This document shows, one piece after another, positions 31,811 through 42,742 of a stretch of 64,000 nt of DNA. The position numbers and the translations under genes were made by a program. The notes beneath the pieces are model-generated. The model saw nothing but the letters and a program-made list of their open reading frames with translations, was not told the origin of the DNA and ran no database searches. The stretch covers positions 1,594-65,593 of the forward strand of contig VRUD01000013.1 of assembly GCA_019456305.1 (NCBI GenBank), given 5' to 3'. Source of the stretch: Cytophagales bacterium (lineage in GTDB: Bacteria > Bacteroidota > Bacteroidia > Cytophagales > VRUD01). The stretch's first letter is position 1; each line of letters opens with the position of its first letter.

Positions 31811-33628
31811 GCGCGGGTCTATATTGAACTCATCAAGGTAAAATGAGGGCGCTATCCTTTCCCGTTTCCATTGATTTTTTGCCCATAAGGTGAAGAATTT
31901 TCGGATGTGTTTTTTTAGAAGGCTGTCATTTTCCAGGCCTTTTAGCTGATCATATACTTCAACAGGAGAAAGGCGATCGCTTATAGCAGCTTTTTCAATT
32001 GCAATTAATGTGGAATATGGCATCAGATCGGCCTCATCGGTTTGGTTTTTTTCACTGGGTCGTAATTCGGCACTTGGCAAAAACGCATTTACATTTTTTA
32101 ATGCTTTATACCCTAACGTTCTCTCTGCCCATTGCAGCCACTGCCGGATAAATACTTTATCAATTCCCGCAATAGGAGCCAGGCTGCCTGAAGTATCGCC
32201 ATCCATGGTGGCATAGCCCACATCCCCTTCACTCCGGTTGGAAGTAACGATCAAAAGGGCATTTTTTGAATTTGCCATCATCCATATTAAAGGAGAGCGG
32301 GTTCTTGCCTGGATATTCTGCAAGGTTATATCATCATTTTTCCAGTCAAATTTTCTGCCAATGGCAGATTCTATTTTTTTGGTAAATAGATCTATTTCTT
32401 CATCTATGTTCCAGTGATAAAATACTGCACCAATTGAATCTGCCAATGTCTTAGCCGATTTGTAAGTTTCTTTACTCGAATTTTTGGTACCCTGGTAAAC
32501 ACAGGTAAGGATTTTTGATACTAAATATTTTACCGTTTCTACATTTGGACCCAGTCCACTACAAATGTTCAATTTTTCCAAAAATCGTGAAGTACCAAGC
32601 TCATCTATCGCCCTTTTCACCATTTCAGCCACCAGCACCGCACAAGTTGAGGAGTCTGCGCCCCCGCTTAATGAAATTACAAAGCCTTTGCTTTTACTTT
32701 TTCGTAAATAATCAAAGAGGCCTAAGGTGGCAGCATTTAAGAACTCTGTTTCTTTTTTCTGCTCAACAGTTTTTGCACCTTCGATATTTTCAAAACCTCG
32801 CAGGTTTTTTATAGGAGACGTTTTAAAATTAATTTCTGCAGTTACCAGGTTAACATCTTTAAATGACAGTCTTTTATTTCTCTGCAACAATTTCCCGTTC
32901 TGTGCAATAAGAATTTCCCCATCAAAGATCAATCTGCCAGCTTCATTCCCAAGCAGATTAGCATACACATAGGTACAATTAAACTTTTTTGAGCTATTAG
33001 TAACCAACTCCTCTCTCTTTTGAGATTTCCCGATCGTAAAGGGGCTTGCACTTGGATTTAAAATCAAGTTCACATTTTTTTTAGAATGCCTTATACAAGG
33101 CCTGTTTTCATGGAGGGCGTCCTCACAGATCTCAAAACCAATTTTGATTCCCCCGGTATCATAAATCACATCTCCAAATTTATATTTACTATTATTGCTG
33201 CTGCCGCTTCTTTTGTTTGTGATCCTTAAAAGATCAATTAAATCCGCTTTCCAGGGCGTGAACCATCTGTGTTCGTAATGCACACCGTCATTGGCCAAAA
33301 ATTGTTTGGCGGTAAATCCTAAAATTTTTTTATTCTTTACCAGGCACACAGTATTATAAAGATTTCCATTAAAATAGACCGGCAAACCGATACTCACGAT
33401 GATATTACTGCACCAGGGCAGGATCTCAAAGAGTTTATCCAATGCTTTTTTGTGAAGCCAGTGACTGAGAAAAACATCTTCACATCCATAGCCCGTCAAG
33501 CACAATTCAGGAAGGCAAAGGATCTGAACATTTTGGGATTGAGCTTGTTTTATCGCAGTGATAATATTTCTCATATTGTTGTCCCAGTCAAGAGGAGTTT
33601 GATTTAGGGCTGCGCCAGCGATCTTCAT
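31742..33628 (-). CDS. nadE: glutamine-dependent NAD+ synthetase (CN-hydrolase plus NAD synthase domains)
   Basis: It has an N-terminal nitrilase-like domain (LCLPELCLTGYGCED, EICED). It also has a C-terminal N-type ATP-PPase motif (SLSGGADSS). Confidence 0.85.
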   Translation of the reverse strand: MKIAGAALNQTPLDWDNNMRNIITAIKQAQSQNVQILCLPELCLTGYGCEDVFLSHWLHKKALDKLFEILPWCSNIIVSIGLPVYFNGNLYNTVCLVKNKKILGFTAKQFLANDGVHYEHRWFTPWKADLIDLLRITNKRSGSSNNSKYKFGDVIYDTGGIKIGFEICEDALHENRPCIRHSKKNVNLILNPSASPFTIGKSQKREELVTNSSKKFNCTYVYANLLGNEAGRLIFDGEILIAQNGKLLQRNKRLSFKDVNLVTAEINFKTSPIKNLRGFENIEGAKTVEQKKETEFLNAATLGLFDYLRKSKSKGFVISLSGGADSSTCAVLVAEMVKRAIDELGTSRFLEKLNICSGLGPNVETVKYLVSKILTCVYQGTKNSSKETYKSAKTLADSIGAVFYHWNIDEEIDLFTKKIESAIGRKFDWKNDDITLQNIQARTRSPLIWMMANSKNALLIVTSNRSEGDVGYATMDGDTSGSLAPIAGIDKVFIRQWLQWAERTLGYKALKNVNAFLPSAELRPSEKNQTDEADLMPYSTLIAIEKAAISDRLSPVEVYDQLKGLENDSLLKKHIRKFFTLWAKNQWKRERIAPSFYLDEFNIDPRSWCRFPILSGGFEKELKELDSL

Positions 33629-33675
33629 AAGTAAATCCGAATTGCATTCGGATATTAAATTATTTTCATTTTTAA

Positions 33676-34299
33676 TTAATAAAATTTAACTGGTTCAGAT
33701 GAAAATAAATAAAATTCTCCATTTGTTTGATAATAGTGAATTGTAAAAGTATGCTCCAATGATAATGTTGGATTTTGATTAAGTACCAATCCAAATCCCT
33801 CTGGAGCTTGTTGTGGATTGGATGACAAATACTGGTTAAGACTTGATTGTATTTTTCCATAAAATGTTATATCAAAAAAAATATTCAATGTGTCTCCAGC
33901 TAAATAGCCTGGTTTGAAATTTGCATTACTTTTTATTATCACGTTTTGAATCTCTTCATCTGTACCTAAATATCCAGGACCTGCACAACTGCAAGCAAAG
34001 GTTCTATTTATAAATAAATTATCAGGTAGTAATATTGGTGGATCTATTTGACCATAATAATTAACAATAGCTTGAATATTTAATGCAAACTTAGTAGCAT
34101 TTACACTATCTGTTGATAGTAATTTTTCATAAATGAATCTTTCTTTATCTATCCCAATTATCTTATAGTTCTGTGTAGTAAAACCTTGTATATCATAATA
34201 TGGCGGTGCATCTTTACAATCGCACTTATACTTCGTGCAATTAGGTACACCTGTTATAAATAAAAGAATAAATAAAAAAATAAATATTATTTGTTTCAT
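33676..34299 (-). CDS. hypothetical lipoprotein/secreted protein (207 aa)
   Basis: It has a signal peptide with a Cys shortly after it (GVPNCTKYKC). No family is recognised. Confidence 0.5.
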   Translation of the reverse strand: MKQIIFIFLFILLFITGVPNCTKYKCDCKDAPPYYDIQGFTTQNYKIIGIDKERFIYEKLLSTDSVNATKFALNIQAIVNYYGQIDPPILLPDNLFINRTFACSCAGPGYLGTDEEIQNVIIKSNANFKPGYLAGDTLNIFFDITFYGKIQSSLNQYLSSNPQQAPEGFGLVLNQNPTLSLEHTFTIHYYQTNGEFYLFSSEPVKFY

Positions 34300-34325
34300 A
34301 ATAAAACTATTTTTTAATTAAAATA

Positions 34326-34478
34326 TGAGTCCACTCTTAAAAGTCTTTTTTGCCACAAAAGCACAAAAACACTAAATCCCACTAAAAATTAACTAATTGA
34401 TTTTCAGGGTTTTGTGGGATTTAGTGCTTTGGTGATTTGGTGGCATTTTTATTTTTTGGACTTATTAGAGTGGACTCA
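34326..34478 (+). mobile_element. 153-bp MITE-like element, copy 2
   Basis: It has the same terminal inverted repeats and internal sequence as copy 1. Confidence 0.7.
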
Positions 34479-34609
34479 AAGGTATTAGTTAAAATAATAA
34501 GTAAAGTGCAAAGTTTAAAAAGAATAGATTTAATATGCAAGAAAAAGATTGATTATTTAATTTGAAAATAGTCATCAAATTTTCAAATTAAACCATCTTC
34601 CATTACCTT

Positions 34610-36667
34610 TCAGTCTTCAACCACCTCAAACTCTGTTCGCCTGTTCATCTGGCGGCCTTCGGGGTTGTCGCTGCCGTCAGGGTTTTCATTGGGGGCAATG
34701 GATTTTGTTTCACCGTAGCCAACTGCTTTTAACCGTTGCTTATCAATTCCCTGCTTCACCAAATGATCCACAACTGCCTGGGCACGTTTTTCTGATAATC
34801 GTTGATTGAAATCCGTACCGCCTTTGTTATCGGTATGACCTGAAATTTCAATCTTCAGCCTGGAATAATGTATCAATAACTCATGCAACCTCTCAAGCTC
34901 TGCTATCGATGTGGGCCTTAAAGTTGCCTTATCATAATCAAAAAAGATATTATTGAGCACAATTTTTGCTCCAACCCGGATTTTCTTCAGCGCTAAATTC
35001 TTTTCAATTTCCTGGTATTCTTTTAAAACAGGTATATCAAAATTCTCTGAATGAAATAAGTACCCCTCTTTACTAACATTAATGCCGTAGTTCCTGCCCG
35101 ATGGCAATGATATAAGGTATTTGCCTGTTTGAGTATTAGAAGACAATTCTCCAATAACTTTATTTGAATCATTATCAATGATCTGGATATCAGCCCCTAA
35201 ATACCCGGAAGTGATCTTGTCAGTAATGACACCGGTTAAAAGTGTGAGCTTTTTGGATGGCTTTGGGAAAGTGATCTTATAAAGGTCTTTTTCACCTTCC
35301 CCGTCTTTACGGAAAGATGTATAATATCCTCTCTCGCCATTAGCAGATAAAACGAAATATATATCATCGTTGTTTGTATTGACAGGATACCCAAGGTTTC
35401 TGGGTTCAGACCAAACTCCTTTATCATAGGTCGCCTCAAAAATATCGTAGCCTCCCAGCCCCTGGTGTCCCTTTGAACTGAAATATAAGGTTTTTCCATC
35501 AGGGTGAAAGAACACACCATCTTCATCGTATTTTGTATTGATCTTACTGCCCAGGTTTACAGGTTTATACCATGTGTTACGGTCTTTCTTTTTGCTCATA
35601 TAAATATCTCTGCCTCCCTGTCCACCCGGTCTGTCACTTACGAAAAAAAGCGTGCTTTCATCGGCAGATAAAGAGGCTGATTTTTCAGCAAATCGCGAAT
35701 TAATACCTTCCGGTAAACGTTCGGGTGGCGCCCAGACGTAACCATGCACATTGGAAACATACAGATCCCCTCCATCCCCACTCTCATCTTTATAAATAAA
35801 CAATTTTTGCCCGTCTGCTGATAAGCCGATTACCGATTCATGCAGATCGGTACAGATCGGAGTTTCCATAGATAATGCCGGCAGCCATTTACCCTCTACG
35901 TTAATAGTTACATAAATGTCTTCAAAAAACCTTCCGTCAATAGGATCTTTTCCACCACCGGTAGTTTCTTCCCTGCGGGAAGTAAAGTACATGACCGACT
36001 CATCAGCAGTGATCACAGGGCCGTATTCAGGGAAGGTAGTATTAACATTGATTCCCAGGTTTTCTATTACCACATCTACAGGATCTTTTACAAATCTTTT
36101 TGCCTGCCGGCACTCTTCTATTCTTCTATCAATGATGGCCCCGATATTTGTCACTTTAACTTTTGCGGATTTTTGAAAATTTTGATCTTCCCTGATGATC
36201 TTGGCAATTATTCTTGAAATATACTTTTTACTTAGTTCGCCTTGCGAAAGAGTGCTTTTGTAGTTATCATATCCGGCTATGGCTTTATCAAGCTGGTAAT
36301 TAAGCTGATAGGCTTTGGCTAATAAGTAATGAACCTCAGGGTTGCCTTCAATTTTTCCAGCCTTTTCTAGATACGGGATTGCTTTTGTTTTATCATTGGT
36401 ATTCAAATAGCACAGCCCGATCATATAACTCAAAACATTATCTTCCGGGGCCGACTTAGATGCTTTCAAGTACAGCTCAAGGGCAGTATCGATTTTAGGG
36501 ATCAGCCCGTTCAAAAGCTTATCTGCTTTATTGATATTTGCAGCAGCACTGCCTGCATCCTGGGCAATTATCGGGCATGTGTACAGACAAATGATTAAAA
36601 GAAATAAACCAATTATTGCCCATACTGAATATCCTGAATTCTTCATGGTAAATATTTTTATTTTCAT
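34610..36667 (-). CDS. OmpA-family protein (TPR, TolB-like beta-propeller repeats, CarboxypepD_reg-like and OmpA C-terminal domains)
   Basis: The C-terminal OmpA motif is present (NIFFDYDKATL...GHTDNKGGTDFNQRLSEKRAQAV...NRRTEFEV). WD40-like repeats lie upstream. The start may be the internal Met at 36646. Confidence 0.85.
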   Translation of the reverse strand: MKIKIFTMKNSGYSVWAIIGLFLLIICLYTCPIIAQDAGSAAANINKADKLLNGLIPKIDTALELYLKASKSAPEDNVLSYMIGLCYLNTNDKTKAIPYLEKAGKIEGNPEVHYLLAKAYQLNYQLDKAIAGYDNYKSTLSQGELSKKYISRIIAKIIREDQNFQKSAKVKVTNIGAIIDRRIEECRQAKRFVKDPVDVVIENLGINVNTTFPEYGPVITADESVMYFTSRREETTGGGKDPIDGRFFEDIYVTINVEGKWLPALSMETPICTDLHESVIGLSADGQKLFIYKDESGDGGDLYVSNVHGYVWAPPERLPEGINSRFAEKSASLSADESTLFFVSDRPGGQGGRDIYMSKKKDRNTWYKPVNLGSKINTKYDEDGVFFHPDGKTLYFSSKGHQGLGGYDIFEATYDKGVWSEPRNLGYPVNTNNDDIYFVLSANGERGYYTSFRKDGEGEKDLYKITFPKPSKKLTLLTGVITDKITSGYLGADIQIIDNDSNKVIGELSSNTQTGKYLISLPSGRNYGINVSKEGYLFHSENFDIPVLKEYQEIEKNLALKKIRVGAKIVLNNIFFDYDKATLRPTSIAELERLHELLIHYSRLKIEISGHTDNKGGTDFNQRLSEKRAQAVVDHLVKQGIDKQRLKAVGYGETKSIAPNENPDGSDNPEGRQMNRRTEFEVVED

Positions 36668-36851
36668 TGTATCGGAATCCGATAGCTATCGGATTCAATG
36701 TTTTGCCACTAAATCTCTAAAACACAAAATCCCACAAAAGCAGTAAGCAGTCCCGACAAATCGGGATCTCTGTTGCACTCCGATAGGCAGTTGACAGCAG
36801 GCAATATTGTCAACTGTCAATTGTCAACTGCCTATTTCTTTTGACTAATCC

Positions 36852-37904
36852 CTACCTGTCAAACCTCGGGCATGGTAAAGACCTCCTTCTTCTCTTGGTA
36901 GGTAGAGGCGCTTCATAAATAAGTGAGATCTCCGGCCCTCCCCTGCCATTGCTTGCCAGTCTTAATGACGATACATTTATATCATAGCTTATTCCCAGAG
37001 TAAAATTCTGGTATTCTCCCCCTATCATCATTACCAACGCATCACCTAACCGGTACCAGCTCCCCAAAAATACAGTTCCGCTTACATCGTACTTGTAATC
37101 TTCTACTAATTTATATCCCACAGATGTTCCTAAAGTTAGCTCCTGTGCCTTTTTCTGACGCATATACAATGCTGATGGCCTGATATCCCATTTCTTATTC
37201 AAACTTAGTTTTGCATTGCTATGGATTGTTACCATTCTGCCTAAACGGTCTAATTGACCCTCGAAATTCAGAACAAAGTCATAAAACGACTCTGGTGGAG
37301 CAAGCAAATGAAATAATCCTATTCCGGTAGCTACCTGTACCTTATCATTTGGTATGAAACTCCATAATAAGCCTGTGTGTACATCTAAATGTGAAAAACT
37401 TTTAGTATCATTTATCCCCTCTCCATTGTCGGGTCCCAAATTACCGGTATTTGGATCCCATTGCTCATTAAAAGTTAATTGGCTGTAGTCTAATTTACGC
37501 TGTACAAAGCCTGCCTGGACGCCCCCGGATAAATAATTCCATTTATTGATCCACTTAAAATAGGACCCGGAAAGCATAAACTTCAGGTTAGTCAAATTTC
37601 CCGTACCGGCCTTATCTTTTAATATTACCAGGCCTGCTCCTACCCAGTCTTCGCCCAATTCATCACCCAAAAAGGTCATATCAGCCGAAAAAGACATGGT
37701 AACAAAAGGAGACGCAAAACCCCTCCATTGGTTCCTGTAGTTGAGGATACCCCTAAGCTCACCTTCAATGGCTCCCGTCAATGCCGGGTTTACATTTAAG
37801 GGGGAAAAATAGAATTGTGATAGATGAATGTCTTGGCAGAAACAGTCAGCAGTACGCAGCAGGCAGCAGGCAATTAGCGCTACTATGATAATAAACTTTT
37901 TCAT
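36852..37904 (-). CDS. PorP/SprF-family type IX secretion system membrane protein
   Basis: The N-terminus QDIHLSQFYFSPLNVNPALTG and the ~350-aa beta-barrel layout are typical of PorP/SprF. It lies directly downstream of a type B CTD protein. Confidence 0.85.
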   Translation of the reverse strand: MKKFIIIVALIACCLLRTADCFCQDIHLSQFYFSPLNVNPALTGAIEGELRGILNYRNQWRGFASPFVTMSFSADMTFLGDELGEDWVGAGLVILKDKAGTGNLTNLKFMLSGSYFKWINKWNYLSGGVQAGFVQRKLDYSQLTFNEQWDPNTGNLGPDNGEGINDTKSFSHLDVHTGLLWSFIPNDKVQVATGIGLFHLLAPPESFYDFVLNFEGQLDRLGRMVTIHSNAKLSLNKKWDIRPSALYMRQKKAQELTLGTSVGYKLVEDYKYDVSGTVFLGSWYRLGDALVMMIGGEYQNFTLGISYDINVSSLRLASNGRGGPEISLIYEAPLPTKRRRRSLPCPRFDR

Positions 37905-37908
37905 AATT

Positions 37909-38028
37909 TTATTCTTTTATTGATGAAATTTTACTTTTTTCACTTCTTTTAATCAAAAAAATAGCAACTAATATTGCTATAGATCCTCCACCATAAACGA
38001 TTATTGAATAAAGTGTCAAAGCATCCAT
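37909..38028 (-). CDS. 39-aa single-TM peptide between the type B cargo gene and porP/sprF; not in the ORF track
   Basis: My translation is MDALTLYSIIVYGGGSIAILVAIFLIKRSEKSKISSIKE. Its stop lies 4 nt before the PorP/SprF ATG. Confidence 0.3.
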   Translation of the reverse strand: MDALTLYSIIVYGGGSIAILVAIFLIKRSEKSKISSIKE

Positions 38029-38112
38029 TTTTTTATTTTTTTAAATGAAAACAAGTTTTCCGATATCATAAATTGCCTTGGCTAAATTTTCATATTTATT
38101 CATATTTCCAAA

Positions 38113-41100
38113 TTATCTTATCAGTGTTACATCTCCATTTAAAGCCCCTTTTGTTCCATCGGTAAACTCAGCCTCGACATAGTAAACAAATACAGCCATA
38201 TTCTGTTCTTTTCCATTGTGTTTTCCATCCCAGCCTACATCCGGGTCATTAACCGGAAAATCATTATTTTCAAATACTATTTCTCCCCACCGGTTATATA
38301 TTACAAATTTGATCTTTTCTATATTGATTCCTCTGACGTAGAATTCGTCATTCTTTTTATCATTATTTGGAGAAAAGGCATTGGGGAGCCATAGCTGATT
38401 TTCTATACAAGTATCTTTCAAAGTTACGATCACTGAATCTACATTGGAGCAGCCATTTACATCAGTAACTTTTACAATATATTCAGTTGTAATCTCAGGA
38501 TTTGCTACAGGATTAAAAATGTTTATATCACTTAATGTCGGATCAGGATTCCATAAATACTTAATACCACCCGTTGCATTTAATGAAATACGCTCTTCGG
38601 GGCACACTGAAAGATCATTTCCTGCATCGGCATTTGGTAAAGCATTCACGTATATAAATTTATTTTTAAAAACCGAACAATTAGCATTGGAAAAAGTATA
38701 AGTCAGCATTACGGTATCTCCTCCGGTTAACACAGAATCAAAAATGCCTAAGTCAGGATCAGTTATTCCTGCTCCTGACCACATCCCCCCAAGCGGACTA
38801 TATCCACCTAGCGTAAACGACACGTTACCTTCACAAACAGAAGTATCATTCCCAGCATCTACAGATGTAAAAGGGATTACAATAGTTACTATCGGATTAC
38901 CCGGAGTGCTTTGACAACCTGAACAGGTTACCTCGACTGTTAAGCTGTTTGTATCACCAAGAAGATTTGTAGTAAAAATACTATCTGTACCGCTCTGTAT
39001 CAAAATGGCATTATTATAAAAATCATAATTACCACACCCTGCCGGCTCTGCTGTAAAAGTTATGCTTTCACCACTGCAAATAGAATCATCAGAAGCTGTT
39101 AAAGTTACTATTGGCAATGGGTTGATGATAATGGTAACAAATGAAGAAGGGCTTACACAGAGACCCACGGTTTCAATTACGTAATAAATTGTTGTTCCTA
39201 TAGTAGTATCCGGAGAAAATGTTGTTCCTGTACCTATGACTGTGTCTAATCCAGGGTCTGAATACCATGTCAGAGTTCCGCCCATTGATGCTGATGCCGT
39301 CAGATCAGTCATTGAATCACCATCACAATAAGTTGCATTGGTTCCGGCCGAAGGTAGAGGAGGCGTACCTGGCGCAGTCATAGTTACTGTATCTCCAAAA
39401 ACCCCGCAATTATTACTATCGGTAACCACAACGTAATAATTGCCGGAAGTCAATCCTGTAAAATTTCCACTACCGGTAAAGGTAGCGCCACCATCAATAG
39501 AATATAATAACGGAGGCGTACCACCTACTGCATAAATAGTAATTGTACCATTATCTACCCCGCACATATCAGGGTTTGTTGATGATGTAGAATCTATAAC
39601 AGGCAAAGGGTTAACCGTAATTACAACAGAATCAAGTGGACTTTGACAGCCGCTTGCAGTTTGGGTTACGTAGTAAGTAGTTGTGCCGGTACCGGGAGAA
39701 ATAGTAAATGGGGAGTCGGTTCCGATTGAAGTTGTAAGCCCCGGATCGGAGAACCATTCAATGTTAGTACCCGTTGCAGTAAGGTCTGCTACTGCACTTC
39801 CATCACAGTAGGTAGTATCAGCTAATGCTGTTGGAGCAGCAGGTATTGGATTTACCGTAAAAATTAAAGCATTGCTAATGGGACTCACACAACCATTAAT
39901 GTCAACAACACCTACCGTAACGCTGTCTCCATTGATTAAAGTGGTCGTGGTGTAGGCGCTGTCCGGGCCACCCTGTACCAAAGAACCGTTAATTATAAAT
40001 CCATATAAGCTGTAAACAGGTGGGGATGCGGTAAAAGTTACGCTATCTCCGGTACAAATCGTATCACCGTCTGAACTGCTTAAACTCACACTGGGCACAG
40101 GATTCACAGTGATAAGAATAGAATTGCTGGTTGGGCCGGGACACCCGAGAATATTAGGAACTACCACAGTGATGGTGTCTCCGTTTGAGAGGGTATCTGT
40201 TGAAAAAGTATTTGATGGCCCTGATTGTACAGAGGTGGTATTAACCCAAAATTCATAGTTAATATAAAAGGTTGGTGTAGCAGTAAAGGTTATGGTGTCA
40301 CCCTGGCATATCGTGCTATCCGGGTCATTAATGGTCAAAGTAGCTTTTGGCGTAGGCACTACTATGGGCGTTAATAAAGCGATGGGATTGGTGAAGCATC
40401 CACCGGCAGATGCTATTACCTGTACACTATCGCCTGGCGCTAAACTGTCTGTTGTATAAATATTACTCGCACTATTCTGTACGGAAACACCGTTAATTAA
40501 AAATTCGTAGCTGACAAAACCTGACGGCACTGCCGTAAAAATGATGGTATCCCCTTCACAGATGCTGTCATTCGTAGCTGTTAAATTTAAGGTTAAAGCG
40601 CTTGTATCAACAGTAACCGTAATAGTATCTATTGGTTTTCCACAACAGGAATCAGCGGGCGTCAGGTTTAAAATGATATTATATGTTCCCACGGTATTAA
40701 AAAAAATGTTATTTACGTTTTGCAGGCCGGCTCCTGCCAAAGTATCAGGAGATGCACCTCCACCGAAAGTCCATTCATAAAATACACCCGAAAGTGTGGA
40801 TGAAAAGTCTATTGGACAGCCTGCTGATATGGTTGTATCGTTAGGGCTGATAAAATTCCCTGAAGCAACCCCTGATCTGAAAATATGTACATAATCAGTA
40901 AAGGTTGTTGTTCCGAAAATAATGGTTTTTCTCCCCAGAGTTGAATAAGTTACAGAAAACGGTCCGGTACCGGTTGCACTACCAGGTGTAGCGTTAGCAC
41001 CAAAATCCCAGATATCGGATGTTGGAGCAGTAAAGATAACTTCCACATTGGTACAGCCCACGTTGAGTACACTGATAAACGGAAGGTTACCCGGAACAGC

Positions 41101-42642
41101 AATAATGCCTAACACTATTGCAGCAGTACCACCCGGGTGTTCGTATAGTGGTAAATTTTCGCCTGATTGTCCATCTAGACCATCTCCACCAGCAACGCCA
41201 TCACCACCACTGCCGCCATGTCCGCCACATCCGATATCATCATTAGAAAATTGATATCCTAGTCCCACGGCACCACCGGTACCGCCACTACCTCCAAAAC
41301 CGCCATTTCCACCCAAACCAAATGAACCTGAAATTAAATTACAATCCTGGATTACACCACCTGCACCATTGTCGAATAAATAAACGGCATAAGAAGATCC
41401 GCCACCTTCGCCACCGGTTCCTCCAGCGCCACCTTCACCGCCTCCACCTCCACCGCCTCCGCCATCACCTGCACCGGCAGAGCATCCAAAAAGTACCTCT
41501 TTCTCACCGGCACCACCGCCTCCGCCATGCCCCCCTTGTCCACCGCAGCCATCAGTACCTGAAAACCCGGGAGTTCCAGTAACCCAATACCCACCCGCAT
41601 GTGAACCGGTTCCTCCGGGCAATCCGGTACTTCCGGGAGCTCCAGAGATGCCGGAGTTGCCGTCTTTACCTGATAAATTAAAATCGCAATTAGCCCCATC
41701 GTTACAGCTTCCACTTTGAATACCCGGACCACCACCACCAGTATTCGCACCTCCACAAGCCGGGCACCAGCTACCATTCCCGCCAGATCCTCCATTTAAT
41801 GCATCACCCAAAAAACTGCTGGTTGCTTGACCACCGCTTGCACCACCACCACCACCGCCACCGGCACGGCAGTTGCTAGGAATTACTCCCGCACCACCAT
41901 TATCTCCCACACAACCACAACCTGATGACAATGTACCTCCGGAACCTCCGGTACCGCCTCCTACACCGCCACCGGTACCGCCAGTACCACCCTGACCTTC
42001 TTGGTCCCACGTATCATCAGCCCCTCCTGTTCCATTTCCACCGGGATTACCAGGTAGCCCGTTGGCACCCGTTATTCCATTTACACCATCTCCACCATTA
42101 CCGGCAGTTACGGCACAACGAGTGATGTTGTAATTAGAACAACTGATCAAATGAATACCATAAACAGTTATCCCGGTGTTGACCGGTGCATCTACAACAG
42201 TGATCGTCAGATCCTGCAGCCTGAAATTAGAAATAGTGTTACCTTCCAGGGCGATCAATGCTTTATTTATATTATCAGGGTTAAGTGAATCCCTTGCTAT
42301 AATGCTGCTGTCTGCATTGGTTTTTACCCAGGTGACCGGGTCAAAGCCGCCTTCAATGGTTGTATTGGCAGGTATCTGTAAGGTATTTGAAATATTGTAA
42401 ACGCCATCAGCCAGCCACACGATCGTATCGGAAGCAATAACGAGGCTTAATCCATAGGTTAAATTGGCAGGTGTAGCCTTGGTGCCTGCAATGCCACTTG
42501 TTGCGCCTGCGGGAATTACGTATATGACGCCACATTCCTGGGCGTAGGATTGAATCCCTGTAAAATCGGGAGAAAATTGAAAATTGAAAAATAATGCTAG
42601 AAATACGCCAAACGATTTAGCCTTTAATAAATTTAGTTTCAT
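38113..42642 (-). CDS. giant adhesin-like protein with a T9SS type B (gliding-motility-associated) C-terminal sorting domain
   Basis: The C-terminus LWLPNAFSPNNDKKNDEFYVRG...YNRWGEIVFE is present. There are multiple Ig-like CxGD(T/S)ITFTA modules. A Gly-rich region of about 300 aa spans aa ~185-500. Confidence 0.85.
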   Translation of the reverse strand: MKLNLLKAKSFGVFLALFFNFQFSPDFTGIQSYAQECGVIYVIPAGATSGIAGTKATPANLTYGLSLVIASDTIVWLADGVYNISNTLQIPANTTIEGGFDPVTWVKTNADSSIIARDSLNPDNINKALIALEGNTISNFRLQDLTITVVDAPVNTGITVYGIHLISCSNYNITRCAVTAGNGGDGVNGITGANGLPGNPGGNGTGGADDTWDQEGQGGTGGTGGGVGGGTGGSGGTLSSGCGCVGDNGGAGVIPSNCRAGGGGGGGASGGQATSSFLGDALNGGSGGNGSWCPACGGANTGGGGPGIQSGSCNDGANCDFNLSGKDGNSGISGAPGSTGLPGGTGSHAGGYWVTGTPGFSGTDGCGGQGGHGGGGGAGEKEVLFGCSAGAGDGGGGGGGGGEGGAGGTGGEGGGSSYAVYLFDNGAGGVIQDCNLISGSFGLGGNGGFGGSGGTGGAVGLGYQFSNDDIGCGGHGGSGGDGVAGGDGLDGQSGENLPLYEHPGGTAAIVLGIIAVPGNLPFISVLNVGCTNVEVIFTAPTSDIWDFGANATPGSATGTGPFSVTYSTLGRKTIIFGTTTFTDYVHIFRSGVASGNFISPNDTTISAGCPIDFSSTLSGVFYEWTFGGGASPDTLAGAGLQNVNNIFFNTVGTYNIILNLTPADSCCGKPIDTITVTVDTSALTLNLTATNDSICEGDTIIFTAVPSGFVSYEFLINGVSVQNSASNIYTTDSLAPGDSVQVIASAGGCFTNPIALLTPIVVPTPKATLTINDPDSTICQGDTITFTATPTFYINYEFWVNTTSVQSGPSNTFSTDTLSNGDTITVVVPNILGCPGPTSNSILITVNPVPSVSLSSSDGDTICTGDSVTFTASPPVYSLYGFIINGSLVQGGPDSAYTTTTLINGDSVTVGVVDINGCVSPISNALIFTVNPIPAAPTALADTTYCDGSAVADLTATGTNIEWFSDPGLTTSIGTDSPFTISPGTGTTTYYVTQTASGCQSPLDSVVITVNPLPVIDSTSSTNPDMCGVDNGTITIYAVGGTPPLLYSIDGGATFTGSGNFTGLTSGNYYVVVTDSNNCGVFGDTVTMTAPGTPPLPSAGTNATYCDGDSMTDLTASASMGGTLTWYSDPGLDTVIGTGTTFSPDTTIGTTIYYVIETVGLCVSPSSFVTIIINPLPIVTLTASDDSICSGESITFTAEPAGCGNYDFYNNAILIQSGTDSIFTTNLLGDTNSLTVEVTCSGCQSTPGNPIVTIVIPFTSVDAGNDTSVCEGNVSFTLGGYSPLGGMWSGAGITDPDLGIFDSVLTGGDTVMLTYTFSNANCSVFKNKFIYVNALPNADAGNDLSVCPEERISLNATGGIKYLWNPDPTLSDINIFNPVANPEITTEYIVKVTDVNGCSNVDSVIVTLKDTCIENQLWLPNAFSPNNDKKNDEFYVRGINIEKIKFVIYNRWGEIVFENNDFPVNDPDVGWDGKHNGKEQNMAVFVYYVEAEFTDGTKGALNGDVTLIR

Positions 42643-42742
42643 TTTATTTTAATAAAAGTAGCTACAAAAATATACAAAGTAACTAACAAAAACAAAATAC
42701 CGGTAAATAATAAATATAAAACATACTCATCGCTATAAACTT

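Noticed and set aside
41048-42400. His/Pro/Leu-rich ORFs on both strands inside the adhesin gene (41048, 41322, 41352, 41925, 42176)
   Set aside because: They are alternative-frame readings of the Gly-codon-rich tract of the 1509-aa T9SS type B protein and have low-complexity, non-protein-like composition.
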